NCBI GenBank assembly: GCA_023663865.1
Contig: JAMPGU010000008.1
Span: 715-64,714, forward strand
Direction of reading: 5' to 3'
From: Clostridium sp.
GTDB taxonomy: Bacteria; Bacillota; Clostridia; Oscillospirales; Acutalibacteraceae
Length of the DNA: 64,000 nucleotides
Part shown: piece by piece, positions 8,011-17,748 of the stretch
How positions within the stretch are numbered: position 1 is the first letter of the stretch
Layout of the letters: the number at the start of each line of letters is the position of its first letter
Position numbers and translations under genes: made by a program
Notes under the pieces: model-generated
Told to the model about the DNA's origin: nothing
Databases searched by the model: none
The model's input: only the letters and a program-made list of their open reading frames with translations

Positions 8011-10017
8011 ATGAAAAAATTTTTAAGTTTATTTTTATCAGTCGTAATGTTGTTGAGCATTACTGCAGGAATTGATTTTTCTGCTTATGCTGATACTTAT
8101 ACTGATTGGAATGGAATTGAATATTATATTAGCGGGGATTTTACATACTATCTTGAAAGTGATGGTACAGCTAGAATCGCCAGCTATGATGGTTCAAATA
8201 AAAATCTTGTTATTCCGTCAACAATTGATGGATATACAGTTACTGTCATAGGTGACCAGTATGGTTATTTTGGTGGGGAGATATGTAGTGACAGATATCT
8301 TGTAAGTGTAGTTATTCCTGATACTGTGGAATGTATTTGTGGCGCTGCATTTCGGATGAACGAGAATTTAACGAAAGTAACAATTCCCAATAGCGTAAAA
8401 TATATCGATTGGGATGCATTCAATGGATGTAAGAGTTTAACAAAAGTGACAATTCCCAATAGTGTAGAATATATTGGAGCGGATGCATTTTATGGTTGTA
8501 AAGGTTTAACAAGTATAGTGTTACCGGATAGTATAAGCAAAATTGAGAATTGTTCATTTTATAATTGTACAAGTTTGAAAAGTGTAACGATTGGCAAAAA
8601 TGTTACCTCTATAGGTTATAGGGCATTTGGAAATTGTAAAAGCCTAACCAATGTAACCTTACCTGACAGTGTAAAAACGATAGAGGCGGAAGCATTCTAT
8701 AATTGCACCGGTCTGAAAAGTGTAACAATTGGCAAAAAAATAAAAACCATTCGCTCTTCTGCTTTTTATTGCAGAAACCTAAAGGATGTATACTACAAAG
8801 GAACGAAACAGCAGTGGAATGATGTAAATATTGAGCAGGGAAATGACTATTTACTAAATTCTACAATTCACTATTCAGGTTGTACAACACATAAATGGAA
8901 TAAAGGAACGGTAACAAAAGCTACAACAAGTAAGAATGGAAGTATTGTAAAAAAATGCTCTGTGTGCGGGGCGAAGAGTACAACGACAATTTATTATCCA
9001 AAAACAATTACGCTTTCAACTACCAGCTATACATATGACAATAAGGCAAAGAAGCCAAGTGTAACCGTTAAGGATAGTAAAGGTAATAAGATAAGCACAA
9101 GCAACTATACTGTAAGCTATGCTTCAGGCAGGAAAAAAGTGGGTAAGTATACAGTAACCATTAAGTTCAAAGGCAATTACAGCGGAACAGTAAAGAAAAC
9201 CTTTACAATTAAACCGAAAGTGTCACCGAGCAGTAAGACTCTATATGTTGGGGCTACGCAAAAGCTTACAGTAAGCAGTTCAAATAAAACAATAACATAT
9301 TCAAGCAGCAATAAAAGTGTTGCAACGGTTAGCAAAAAAGGAGTAATTACTGCTAAGAAAAAGGGTACCGCAACAATAACAGTAAAATCAAATGGCATTT
9401 CTAATACAGTAAAGATTACTGTTAAAAACCCCGGGATTTCTCTCAATAAATCAAGTGTATCTGTATATAAAGGAAATACGGTAACTTTAAAGGCTACAAC
9501 TACACCCTCCGGAAGTAAGGTAACTTGGTCATCAAGCAATAAAAAGGTTGCAACAGTCTCCGGCGGCAAGGTCAAGGGTGTTGGTAAAGGCACAGCTACA
9601 ATTACAGCTTCAATAAAATATAAAGGAAAGACATATAAAAAGACCTGTAAGGTAACAGTAAATGTAAAGCCGAGTAAAGAAAAGACAGCAGCTTACGTAG
9701 AATATCTCCTTAGAGGTAATTTAAAAAATCCTTCTTCATTTAGGTTAAATAATATTATATATTCAGGTAATACCGTTTGGGTTTGGTACAGTGCTGTTAA
9801 TGGTTTTGGCGGCAGAACAGATGGTTTTGCTTCCGGTTATTTCAGCAAAGAAAAGGTTTTGATTCCGGGCTATTATAATATTGATTGTGATGGCGGTTAT
9901 ATCGTGTGTGAGTTGGATGCGTATAAACCGAAAACTTTTACAGGTTATCTGGATATAAGCAAAGTAAATAAAGAATATAACAAGATAAGCAAGATACATT
10001 ATTCATATGTTTATTAG
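8011..10017 (+). CDS. secreted leucine-rich-repeat (BspA-type) protein with Ig-like Big_2 repeats
   Basis: Signal peptide ending DFSAYA. Repeated LRR units of the form IP.SV..I...AF..C..L..V.I, then repeats such as KTLYVGATQKLTV..SSSNKSVATVSKKGVITAKKKGTATITV. Confidence 0.85.
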   Translation: MKKFLSLFLSVVMLLSITAGIDFSAYADTYTDWNGIEYYISGDFTYYLESDGTARIASYDGSNKNLVIPSTIDGYTVTVIGDQYGYFGGEICSDRYLVSVVIPDTVECICGAAFRMNENLTKVTIPNSVKYIDWDAFNGCKSLTKVTIPNSVEYIGADAFYGCKGLTSIVLPDSISKIENCSFYNCTSLKSVTIGKNVTSIGYRAFGNCKSLTNVTLPDSVKTIEAEAFYNCTGLKSVTIGKKIKTIRSSAFYCRNLKDVYYKGTKQQWNDVNIEQGNDYLLNSTIHYSGCTTHKWNKGTVTKATTSKNGSIVKKCSVCGAKSTTTIYYPKTITLSTTSYTYDNKAKKPSVTVKDSKGNKISTSNYTVSYASGRKKVGKYTVTIKFKGNYSGTVKKTFTIKPKVSPSSKTLYVGATQKLTVSSSNKTITYSSSNKSVATVSKKGVITAKKKGTATITVKSNGISNTVKITVKNPGISLNKSSVSVYKGNTVTLKATTTPSGSKVTWSSSNKKVATVSGGKVKGVGKGTATITASIKYKGKTYKKTCKVTVNVKPSKEKTAAYVEYLLRGNLKNPSSFRLNNIIYSGNTVWVWYSAVNGFGGRTDGFASGYFSKEKVLIPGYYNIDCDGGYIVCELDAYKPKTFTGYLDISKVNKEYNKISKIHYSYVY

Positions 10018-10049
10018 TAACTGTAATTACATCACTGCAACTGTATAAA

Positions 10050-10088
10050 ATAGAACAACGGATGGGGAAACCATCCGTTGTTTGTTTA
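10050..10088. terminator. bidirectional intrinsic terminator between convergent genes
   Basis: CAACGGAUGG-GGAAA-CCAUCCGUUG (10056-10080), flanked by an A-run on one side and a U-run on the other. Confidence 0.65.
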
Positions 10089-10103
10089 TATAGCAGGTTT
10101 TAA

Positions 10104-10847
10104 TTAACCCTCATATTCATCTTCATTTTCCCAGTTATGCCAAATGTTCTGGACATCTTCGTTTTCTTCAAACATATCAATCATTTTTGACATTGCTTTC
10201 ATATCATCCTCAGATTCCAGTCTTGTATATGTCTGAGGGATATAGGCAGGCTCGGAAGAAATAATGTTATAGCCCTTTGCCTCCAAATCATCACGAACTG
10301 CACCTACGTCAGTAGCCTCAGTCCTGATTTCAAAAATATCCTCGTCATCTGTTAAGAAGTCAGTTGCACCTGCCTCAAGCGCATCCTCCATAAGCTGATC
10401 CTCGTCAACATCCTCTTTCTCAATAACGATAACGCCCTCTTTGCCGAACATAAAGGTAACAGAGCCGGGAGTACCCATATTTCCGCCTGCTTTATCAAAA
10501 TAGTGACGTACCTCGCTGGCAGTTCTGTTTCTATTATCTGTAAGTGTTTCTACTACAACGGCAATACCTGACGGACCATAGCCTTCATATACAATTTCTT
10601 CAAAGTTTGCACTGTCCGTATCTCCGGCAGCCTTCTTTAACATTCTGTCAATATTATCGTTAGGTACATTATTCTGCTTTGCCTTCGCAATAACGTCGCG
10701 AAGCTTAGCGTTATTGTTCGGGTCCGGACCACCATTTTTTACAGCGACTGCAAGCTCTCTGCCGATTTTGGTGAATATCTTAGCCCTTGCTGCATCGTTT
10801 GCACCCTTTTTTCTTTTAATGGTGCTCCATTTATTATGTCCGCTCAT
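10104..10847 (-). CDS. yebC: YebC/PmpR family DNA-binding transcriptional regulator
   Basis: Begins MSGHNKWSTIKRKKGANDAARAKIFTK, the characteristic YebC N-terminus. 247 aa. Confidence 0.92.
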   Translation of the reverse strand: MSGHNKWSTIKRKKGANDAARAKIFTKIGRELAVAVKNGGPDPNNNAKLRDVIAKAKQNNVPNDNIDRMLKKAAGDTDSANFEEIVYEGYGPSGIAVVVETLTDNRNRTASEVRHYFDKAGGNMGTPGSVTFMFGKEGVIVIEKEDVDEDQLMEDALEAGATDFLTDDEDIFEIRTEATDVGAVRDDLEAKGYNIISSEPAYIPQTYTRLESEDDMKAMSKMIDMFEENEDVQNIWHNWENEDEYEG

Positions 10848-11126
10848 ATAGTCAACTCCTTTGCCTTTTTAACAAAAAAGATTTTATCACATATGCTGTT
10901 TACTTTCAAGTATTAATTGCTATTATATGCATATTCAATGCCCAAAAGACCCTTTTCTCTTTTAACATTTATCAGACTTGCCGATTTATTATAAAGCTCC
11001 TCGCTGATTTCAATATCGTATTCCTCACTGCCTATATTATCAATAAAGAAAAATTAGTTATTGTATCTTTGCAATGATTGTGCTATTATATACCCGTATA
11101 ATTTTATATATATTGGAGGATTCGAT

Positions 11127-12380
11127 ATGTTTGCAGATTATTATGATTCAATCGGCAAGGTAGCTGAAACAGATAAAGAGGTTGCCGATGCTATGGCTCT
11201 TGAGCTTAAAAGACAGAGAGAAAACATTGAGCTTATTGCTTCAGAAAACCTTGTATCACCACAGGTTATGGCAGCTATGGGTTCTGTTTTGACAAATAAG
11301 TATGCTGAGGGACTTCCGTCAAAAAGATATTACGGCGGATGTCAGTATGTTGATATTGTTGAGGAGATTGCTATTAAGCGTGCTTGTGAGCTGTTTGGCT
11401 GTAAATTTGCTAATGTTCAGCCTCATTCAGGTGCCCAGGCTAATACTGCTGTTTATTTGGCTCTTCTTAAACCGGGCGACACTGTAATGGGTATGAGCCT
11501 TGATAACGGCGGTCATTTAACCCACGGTTCACCTGCCAACATCAGCGGTAAGTATTTTAATTTCATTCCTTACGGTGTAGATGATGAGGGCTTTATTGAT
11601 TTAAAGGAATTTGCTAAGCAGGTTAATAAGATTAAGCCAAGACTTGTTGTTGCAGGCGCATCTGCTTATCCAAGAGAAATTGATTTTAAGACAATGGCAG
11701 ATATTGCACATGCAAACGGTGCAATGTTTATGGTAGATATGGCGCATATTGCAGGCCTTGTTGCAGCAGGTCTCCATCAGTCTCCTATCCCATATGCTGA
11801 TGTTGTAACAACAACTACCCATAAAACACTCAGAGGACCTCGCGGCGGTTTGATTCTTTGCAATAACGAGTTCCTTGCAAAGAAGCTTAACTCTGCAGTA
11901 TTCCCGGGTACCCAGGGTGGTCCGCTTATGCATGTTATTGCAGGTAAGGCAGTATGCTTTGGTGAGGCATTAAAGGATGAATTTAAGGCTTATCAGCAGA
12001 GAGTTATTGATAATGCAAAGGCGCTTGCTAAGGGTCTGACTGACAGAGGTCTTAATCTTGTTTCAGGCGGTACTGACAATCATTTGTGCCTGCTTGATTT
12101 ACGCGGTACAGATGTAACAGGTAAGGAGCTTGAGCACAGACTGGATGAGGTGCATATTACCCTTAATAAGAACACAGTTCCGAATGAGCCGTTGTCACCA
12201 TTTGTTACATCAGGTGTTCGTATCGGTACGCCTGCAGCAACAACCAGAGGTCTCAATACTGAGGATATGGATAAAATTGCAGAGTATATTTATCTTGCTG
12301 TTACAGATTTTGAGGCTAAGAAGGAATATATTGAACAGGGTGTTGCAGAGATTTGTGCAAAGTACCCTCTGTATGAATAA
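11127..12380 (+). CDS. glyA: serine hydroxymethyltransferase
   Basis: Start moved to the ATG at 11127 (GGAGG upstream). Motifs [13 protein letters not shown] and [14 protein letters not shown] (PLP lysine). Confidence 0.95.
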   Translation: MFADYYDSIGKVAETDKEVADAMALELKRQRENIELIASENLVSPQVMAAMGSVLTNKYAEGLPSKRYYGGCQYVDIVEEIAIKRACELFGCKFANVQPHSGAQANTAVYLALLKPGDTVMGMSLDNGGHLTHGSPANISGKYFNFIPYGVDDEGFIDLKEFAKQVNKIKPRLVVAGASAYPREIDFKTMADIAHANGAMFMVDMAHIAGLVAAGLHQSPIPYADVVTTTTHKTLRGPRGGLILCNNEFLAKKLNSAVFPGTQGGPLMHVIAGKAVCFGEALKDEFKAYQQRVIDNAKALAKGLTDRGLNLVSGGTDNHLCLLDLRGTDVTGKELEHRLDEVHITLNKNTVPNEPLSPFVTSGVRIGTPAATTRGLNTEDMDKIAEYIYLAVTDFEAKKEYIEQGVAEICAKYPLYE

Positions 12381-12389
12381 TCAGAAGCT

Positions 12390-13499
12390 ATGAAATTGTT
12401 TTTGATTTCAGTTCTGAAAATTGGTTTAAGGGTGCTTTATGCACCTTTAAAACTGTTTAAAAGTAAAAACAGAATCGTTTATCTTTCTCGTCAGAGCAAT
12501 GATAAAAGCATAGATATGCTTCTTTTGGAGCAGGCAGTAAAAAAAGAGCTTCCGGATACAGAGCAGATATTCAGACTCCGTATGATACCGGAGGGTCTTG
12601 GCGCAAAGATAAAATACTGCCTGGGTATAATCGGTGATATGTATTATCTTGCTACTTCTGAGGTGGCACTGCTTGATACGTATTCCATCACCGTTTCCTG
12701 CCTGAAACACAAAGAGAATTTGAAAGTAATTCAGATGTGGCACGCCTCGGGTGCGATTAAGAAATTCGGTCTGCAGAGTGTCGGCACAAAAGAGGGTAGG
12801 GATGAGGCAATCAGCAGAGCGATGTGTATGCACAAGAATTATGATTATATTCTTGCACCGAGCAAGGCAACGGCTGCTTTTTATATGGAAGCATTTGGTT
12901 ATAATGCAGGAAGTATGAAAATCTGTTCCTTGCCCAGAGTGGATGAGGTGCTTACGGATACCGGCTCGGTAACACGATTTTACAGAGAAAATCCGGCGCT
13001 TACCCATAAAAAGATTATCGTTTATCTGCCTACCTTTAGAGACAGGGAGCCGGCTGCAGTCAACGAGCTTAAAGCTGCCTTTGACGGCAGAATGGACGAT
13101 TATCACCTTATTGTAAGTACGCATCCGTTGTTTTCTGACGTGAAAAGAGATAACCGTTTTTCATTTAACGGAAGCTATTCCACTTATGATTTGATGAAGG
13201 TTGCTGATATCATTGTAACAGATTATTCAGCTTGTGCCTTTGATGCAAGTGTATTGATGAAACCGCTGTATTTTTATGTGCCTGATTATCAGCAGTATTC
13301 TGACGAAAGAGGCATTAATATTAATCTTAAAGAAGAGATGCCTGCAGCTGTTTTTGAAAATGCAGAGGATTTGCTGAAATCTATAAAAAATGACAGCTAT
13401 GACTTTGACAGGCTGTTTGCCTTCAAGTCAAAATATATGGAAAATACAAACGCAAATAATGCAGAAATTATAGCTAAATTTATAGCTATGTTAGTATAA
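12390..13499 (+). CDS. CDP-glycerol glycerophosphotransferase family (TagB/TagF-like) protein
   Basis: Motifs IVYLPTFRD and DIIVTDYSACAFD are typical of the Glyphos_transf family. Confidence 0.78.
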   Translation: MKLFLISVLKIGLRVLYAPLKLFKSKNRIVYLSRQSNDKSIDMLLLEQAVKKELPDTEQIFRLRMIPEGLGAKIKYCLGIIGDMYYLATSEVALLDTYSITVSCLKHKENLKVIQMWHASGAIKKFGLQSVGTKEGRDEAISRAMCMHKNYDYILAPSKATAAFYMEAFGYNAGSMKICSLPRVDEVLTDTGSVTRFYRENPALTHKKIIVYLPTFRDREPAAVNELKAAFDGRMDDYHLIVSTHPLFSDVKRDNRFSFNGSYSTYDLMKVADIIVTDYSACAFDASVLMKPLYFYVPDYQQYSDERGININLKEEMPAAVFENAEDLLKSIKNDSYDFDRLFAFKSKYMENTNANNAEIIAKFIAMLV

Positions 13500-13511
13500 A
13501 AGGTGAGAAAT

Positions 13512-14699
13512 ATGGAATATACATTTTCAAATAAAATTTCATCACTCCAGCCGAGTGCAATCAGAGAGATATTAAAGGCGACTGCCGATCCGCAGATTAT
13601 TCCTTTGGCAGCAGGTAATCCGGCACCGGATGCTTTTCCTGTTGAGGAGGTACAGACGATTACGAATAATATTCTTGCCCAAAGACCGATTGATGCACTG
13701 CAGTATGGTGTAAGTGAGGGTTACCAGCCCCTTAGAAATACTATAAAGGACTGGATGAAGCAGAGAGAAAATATAGGTACTGAAAATGATGAGGTGCTTA
13801 TTGTTTCGGGTGCTACACAGGTTATGGATTTAACCACAAAGGTGCTTTGTAATGAGGGAGATGTGGTTATTTGTGAGGCTCCGTCTTTCATCGGCTCTCT
13901 CAACTGCTTCCGCTCTTATGGCTGTAAGCTCAAGGGTGTGCCTGTAGAGGCAGATGGTATGGATGTCGATGCACTGGAGGAAGTGCTGAAGGCTACCCCA
14001 AATGCTAAGTTTATTTATACAATTCCGAATTTCCAAAATCCATCAGGTGCAACCATGTCTCTTGAAAAGAGAGAGAAGGTATACGCCCTTGCTAAGGAAT
14101 ACGGTGTTCTCATCCTTGAGGATAACCCGTATGGTGAATTAAGAGTTGCAGGCGAGCCTGTTCCTACCATAAAATCAATGGATACAGAGGGTATCGTTAT
14201 ATATGCCGGTTCATTTTCAAAAATTCTGTCACCGGGTATTCGTGTTGCTTTCTGTATTGCACCAAAGCAGATTTTGGCTAAAATGACAGTTGGCAAGCAG
14301 GCTGCAGATGTGCATACCCCATGTCTCAACCAAATGATTGTTGACGAATGGTTTAAAAACTATGATGTTGATGCACACATCAAAAAAATACAGGGAATTT
14401 ACAGAAAACGTCTTGACCTTATGTGTGACTGTATTGACAAGGAGCTGGGCGATTTCGTTGAGTATGTTCGCCCGGAGGGTGGTCTGTTTATCTGGTGTAA
14501 ATTGCCTGATGGTGTTGATATGCTTGAGTTTGTCAAGAAGGCAGTAGATAAAAAGGTGGCTGTTGTGCCGGGTAATGCTTTCTTGGTAGATGATACGGAA
14601 TCAACACAGTATATCAGATTGAATTTTTCAACACCATCCCTTGATGGTATTGTTAATGGTATCAAGATTCTCGGCGAATTAGCTGAGGAATATAAATAA
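13512..14699 (+). CDS. PLP-dependent aminotransferase (class I/II fold)
   Basis: SFSKILSPGIRVAF (PLP lysine motif) and the N-terminal LAAGNPAPDAFP pattern. Confidence 0.85.
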   Translation: MEYTFSNKISSLQPSAIREILKATADPQIIPLAAGNPAPDAFPVEEVQTITNNILAQRPIDALQYGVSEGYQPLRNTIKDWMKQRENIGTENDEVLIVSGATQVMDLTTKVLCNEGDVVICEAPSFIGSLNCFRSYGCKLKGVPVEADGMDVDALEEVLKATPNAKFIYTIPNFQNPSGATMSLEKREKVYALAKEYGVLILEDNPYGELRVAGEPVPTIKSMDTEGIVIYAGSFSKILSPGIRVAFCIAPKQILAKMTVGKQAADVHTPCLNQMIVDEWFKNYDVDAHIKKIQGIYRKRLDLMCDCIDKELGDFVEYVRPEGGLFIWCKLPDGVDMLEFVKKAVDKKVAVVPGNAFLVDDTESTQYIRLNFSTPSLDGIVNGIKILGELAEEYK

Positions 14700-14730
14700 T
14701 CTGCAGAGATTTTCTCAGGAGATGAAATAT

Positions 14731-15744
14731 ATGTCAGAAGAAATGAAAAAAGAAAGAAAAAAAAGAAGTCTGTCGCTTATTCAGCCAACCTCAGTGCCGA
14801 CCTTGGGAAACTATCTCGGTGCAATGCGCGGATGGCCGTCCTTTCAGGATGAGTTTGATACAATTTACGGCGTTGCAGACTTGCATTCCATTACAGTTCG
14901 CCAGGACCCGCAGAAGCTGAGACAGCAGACAATCAGCCTGTATGCACAGCTTATGGCAGTTGGTCTTGACCCTGAAAAGAGTGTTTTGTTTATTCAGTCA
15001 CATGTGCCGCAGCATTCTCAGCTGGGATGGCTGTTAAACTGCTATACCCAGTTCGGCGAGCTTAACAGAATGACACAGTTTAAGGATAAGGCACAGCAGC
15101 ATGCAGATAATGTGAATGCCGGCTTGTTTACATATCCTTGTCTTATGGCTGCGGATATACTTTTGTATCAGGCTGATATTGTACCTGTCGGCGCAGATCA
15201 AAAGCAGCATCTTGAAATTACAAGAGATATTGCAGAGCGCTTTAACGGCATTTACGGTAATGTATTTACTGTTCCTGAGCCGTATCTTGTTAAGTCAGGT
15301 GCGAGAGTAATGTCGCTTCAGGACCCAACCCGAAAAATGAGTAAGTCCGACCCGAATCCAAAGGGTACAGTATATCTGACGGATGAGCCGAATGTTATTA
15401 TGAAAAAGTTCAAATCTGCTGTAACCGACAGTGAAATGAGTGTTCGTTACGCAGAGGGCAAGGACGGAATAAATAATCTTATGTCCATTTATTCCTCTGT
15501 TACCGGTAAGGATATGCAGGCTATTGAGGATGAGTTTGCAGGAAAAGGCTACGGCGATTTCAAGAAGGCAGTCGGTGAGGCCGTTGTTGCGGAGCTTGAG
15601 CCTGTGCAGAAAAGATTTAATGAGCTTATGAATGATAAGGCATATTTGCAGGATTGCTGGGTTAAGGGTGCAGAATTTGCACAAAGATTGTCCCAGAGAA
15701 CGCTTGACAAGGCAATGAAAAAGATTGGATTTTTAGCAAAATAA
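14731..15744 (+). CDS. trpS: tryptophan--tRNA ligase
   Basis: Class I signature region IQPT..PTLGNYLGA and the KMSKS motif (RKMSKSDP). ATG at 14731 lies 9 nt after AGGAG. Confidence 0.9.
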   Translation: MSEEMKKERKKRSLSLIQPTSVPTLGNYLGAMRGWPSFQDEFDTIYGVADLHSITVRQDPQKLRQQTISLYAQLMAVGLDPEKSVLFIQSHVPQHSQLGWLLNCYTQFGELNRMTQFKDKAQQHADNVNAGLFTYPCLMAADILLYQADIVPVGADQKQHLEITRDIAERFNGIYGNVFTVPEPYLVKSGARVMSLQDPTRKMSKSDPNPKGTVYLTDEPNVIMKKFKSAVTDSEMSVRYAEGKDGINNLMSIYSSVTGKDMQAIEDEFAGKGYGDFKKAVGEAVVAELEPVQKRFNELMNDKAYLQDCWVKGAEFAQRLSQRTLDKAMKKIGFLAK

Positions 15745-15763
15745 TCAGAAGGAGACAGCTGTT

Positions 15764-17584
15764 ATGAAAAAAGTGATAGTGAAGTCAATCAGTGTGTTTT
15801 TATCCATTTTGATGATGGCGTCTGTTTTTGCCGGAGTTGATTTATCTGCTTATGCAGTGTCCTCTTCGGCAGTGCCGTATACCAGTGTAAAAAAGATTAC
15901 CTCAAGCTCCGTTCAGCTTGAGTGGTATATAAGCCGTATGGATAGCTGTGATTATTTCGAGATTGCACAGTATAACTATTCAACAAAAAAATATTCTGTT
16001 ATTAAAACCGTTAAATCAAATGGTAAAACCGGTGAAAAGAGATCCTATACCGTAAATAATCTGAAGCAGAATACGAAGTATGGTTTTGCAATCAGGTCTT
16101 ACTATTCTATTGATGGTAAGAAGGATTATGGCGCTTATTCAAAGCGTGTTGAGTCCTATACTGCTCCAAAAGAAACAACCTTAAAGAGTGTTAAATATTC
16201 CTCCCAGGGCAAAATAAGTTTGCAGTGGACAAAGGTTTCCGATGTAAGCGGTTACATTATTCAGTATTCAACCAGCAAGAAATTTAGTAAGGACGGAAGC
16301 ACAAGTACTGTGTTGGTTAACAGTCAGAAAACCACTTCAAAGACCATTTCTGGACTTGCACAGAAAACCTATTATGTCCGTGTCTGCACCTACAAAAAGC
16401 TCAGCACAAAGGATGTAGAAGGCGGAGCGCAATATTTTTGCAGTGACTACAGCAGAATAAAGAGTGTATCTGTAAAGAAGGGTGCTTCCATAAAAACAAT
16501 GCTTAACAGCATTAAGACCACAACGGATGGAAGAAAAGCAATCAAGGCGTATACCAACAATGGTGTTGATATCAGTAAATACGACAACACCTATGACAGA
16601 TTTAAAGCCATTTATAACTGGCATGCGAAGCACCATAAGGATAACGGCTGGAGCTGTGTCGGATGTAATACCAACTTTAATTCCTGTTTGTATGCTTTGT
16701 TTGACGGCAGCACCAAGGAGCAGGATTCCTTTATCCGACTGGCAGCAGGTGATGTGAAAAATGCTGACGGCTCTAAGGTTATTCATAAATGGCCTGTCAT
16801 TTATCTTGCAGGTGTTCCGTACATCTTTGACCCGAGACTTCAGGGCTATACAGGCAATTATACCGGAACAGACTATTTCGGTATAGCAAAGAGCTCCTCT
16901 AAGGCGAAGAAGATGTTCTTGTTCGATTACTGGTATTCTACATGGACCGGTGAGTTTGATTCGGAATACTCTAATGTTTTTATACATGCTGAGCCTAAGC
17001 CCGGTACTACCTCAATCACCAGCATCGGCGGAAGACCCGGCGGCTTTAAAGCACAATGGGAAAAAATCAGCGGTGCTGAGGGCTATCAGATTATGTACAG
17101 CACCACAAGCGACTATAAGTCAAATAAAAGTATTTATGTAAGTTCGTCCACGCTTTCCAAGACCTTAACAGGGCTCAACTCAAATAAAACGTATTACGTT
17201 AAGGTAAGAGCCTATAAGACAAAGAATGGCAAAAAGGTTTACGGTTTCTGGAGTGCAACCAAGAGCGTTAAAACCCGCCATAAGAATGAGGCTAACGGTA
17301 CACCTATTAAAAAGCTGACTGCCAATAAGGGTGGCTTTAAGGTGCAGTGGAATGAAATTTCAAATGCTACGGGCTATGAAATTAATTACAGCACAGATTC
17401 AAAATTCACAAAGAAGAATACAAAATCTGTAAAGGTTAAGGGTGCTAAGACCACAAGTAAAACCATTTCAAAGCTCAGCAAAAAGAAAAAGTATTACGTA
17501 AGAATAAGAACATACAGAGTGGTAAACGGCAAGACATACTATTCCGGCTGGACTGCCGCAAAATCTGTTACCACAAAAAAATAA
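15764..17584 (+). CDS. secreted protein with fibronectin type III repeats flanking a possible transglutaminase-like Cys-His-Asp core
   Basis: Signal peptide ending DLSAYA. Four FN3-like units (..W.K/E.S...GY.I.YST...F). The central segment has GWSCVGCNTNFNSCLYALF ... HKWPVIYLAGVPYIFDP. Confidence 0.75.
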   Translation: MKKVIVKSISVFLSILMMASVFAGVDLSAYAVSSSAVPYTSVKKITSSSVQLEWYISRMDSCDYFEIAQYNYSTKKYSVIKTVKSNGKTGEKRSYTVNNLKQNTKYGFAIRSYYSIDGKKDYGAYSKRVESYTAPKETTLKSVKYSSQGKISLQWTKVSDVSGYIIQYSTSKKFSKDGSTSTVLVNSQKTTSKTISGLAQKTYYVRVCTYKKLSTKDVEGGAQYFCSDYSRIKSVSVKKGASIKTMLNSIKTTTDGRKAIKAYTNNGVDISKYDNTYDRFKAIYNWHAKHHKDNGWSCVGCNTNFNSCLYALFDGSTKEQDSFIRLAAGDVKNADGSKVIHKWPVIYLAGVPYIFDPRLQGYTGNYTGTDYFGIAKSSSKAKKMFLFDYWYSTWTGEFDSEYSNVFIHAEPKPGTTSITSIGGRPGGFKAQWEKISGAEGYQIMYSTTSDYKSNKSIYVSSSTLSKTLTGLNSNKTYYVKVRAYKTKNGKKVYGFWSATKSVKTRHKNEANGTPIKKLTANKGGFKVQWNEISNATGYEINYSTDSKFTKKNTKSVKVKGAKTTSKTISKLSKKKKYYVRIRTYRVVNGKTYYSGWTAAKSVTTKK

Positions 17585-17596
17585 TGTTTAACAGCC

Positions 17597-17640
17597 AAAG
17601 GGTCTGCAGGGATGTAATCTCGGCAGATCCTTTTGTTTTA
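17597..17640 (+). terminator. intrinsic terminator
   Basis: AAAGGGUCUGC (17597-17607) pairs with GCAGAUCCUUU (17623-17633), followed by UUUUGUUUU. Confidence 0.6.
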
Positions 17641-17663
17641 ACCAAATTGTAAAGTTAAAAGCA

Positions 17664-17692
17664 TTGCTATAAAAGTTATTGTATGTTATAAT
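17664..17692 (+). promoter_or_regulatory. sigma-A type promoter of the five-gene SCP2-like / aminotransferase / transketolase cluster
   Basis: TTGCTA-17 nt-TATAAT with an extended -10 TG (TGTTATAAT), ~55 nt upstream of the ATG at 17749. Confidence 0.5.
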
Positions 17693-17748
17693 CAGTTTAT
17701 AAATATTTAATAATATGCCATGTGTACATATTACCTAAGGAGGAAATT

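Noticed and set aside
10913-11044. A minus-strand reading frame, IDNIGSEEYDIEISEELYNKSASLINVKREKGLLGIEYAYNSN-stop, that looks protein-like and lies in the yebC/glyA intergenic region.
   Set aside because: It has no ATG/GTG/TTG start (an in-frame stop lies 3 codons upstream) and no SD. At best it is a gene remnant, and it is too short to assign.
12447-13124. Long antisense or off-frame ORFs inside well-supported genes. Examples: 12447..13124(-), 16337..16987(-), 18800..19294(-), 28453..29058(-), 34901..35467(-), 44711..45256(-), 53790..54356(-), 54908..55414(-), 58167..58766(+) and 58917..59369(+).
   Set aside because: Each lies wholly inside a gene with strong family signatures on the other strand or frame. 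Their compositions (Ser/Leu/Ile/Cys/Arg-rich) are typical of shadow ORFs.
14745-14770. A-rich run (including A8) in the 5' codons of trpS, as a possible slippage or phase-variation tract.
   Set aside because: It simply encodes the Lys/Arg/Glu-rich N-terminal extension (EEMKKERKKRS). Phase variation of an essential aminoacyl-tRNA synthetase is implausible, and nothing here indicates it.
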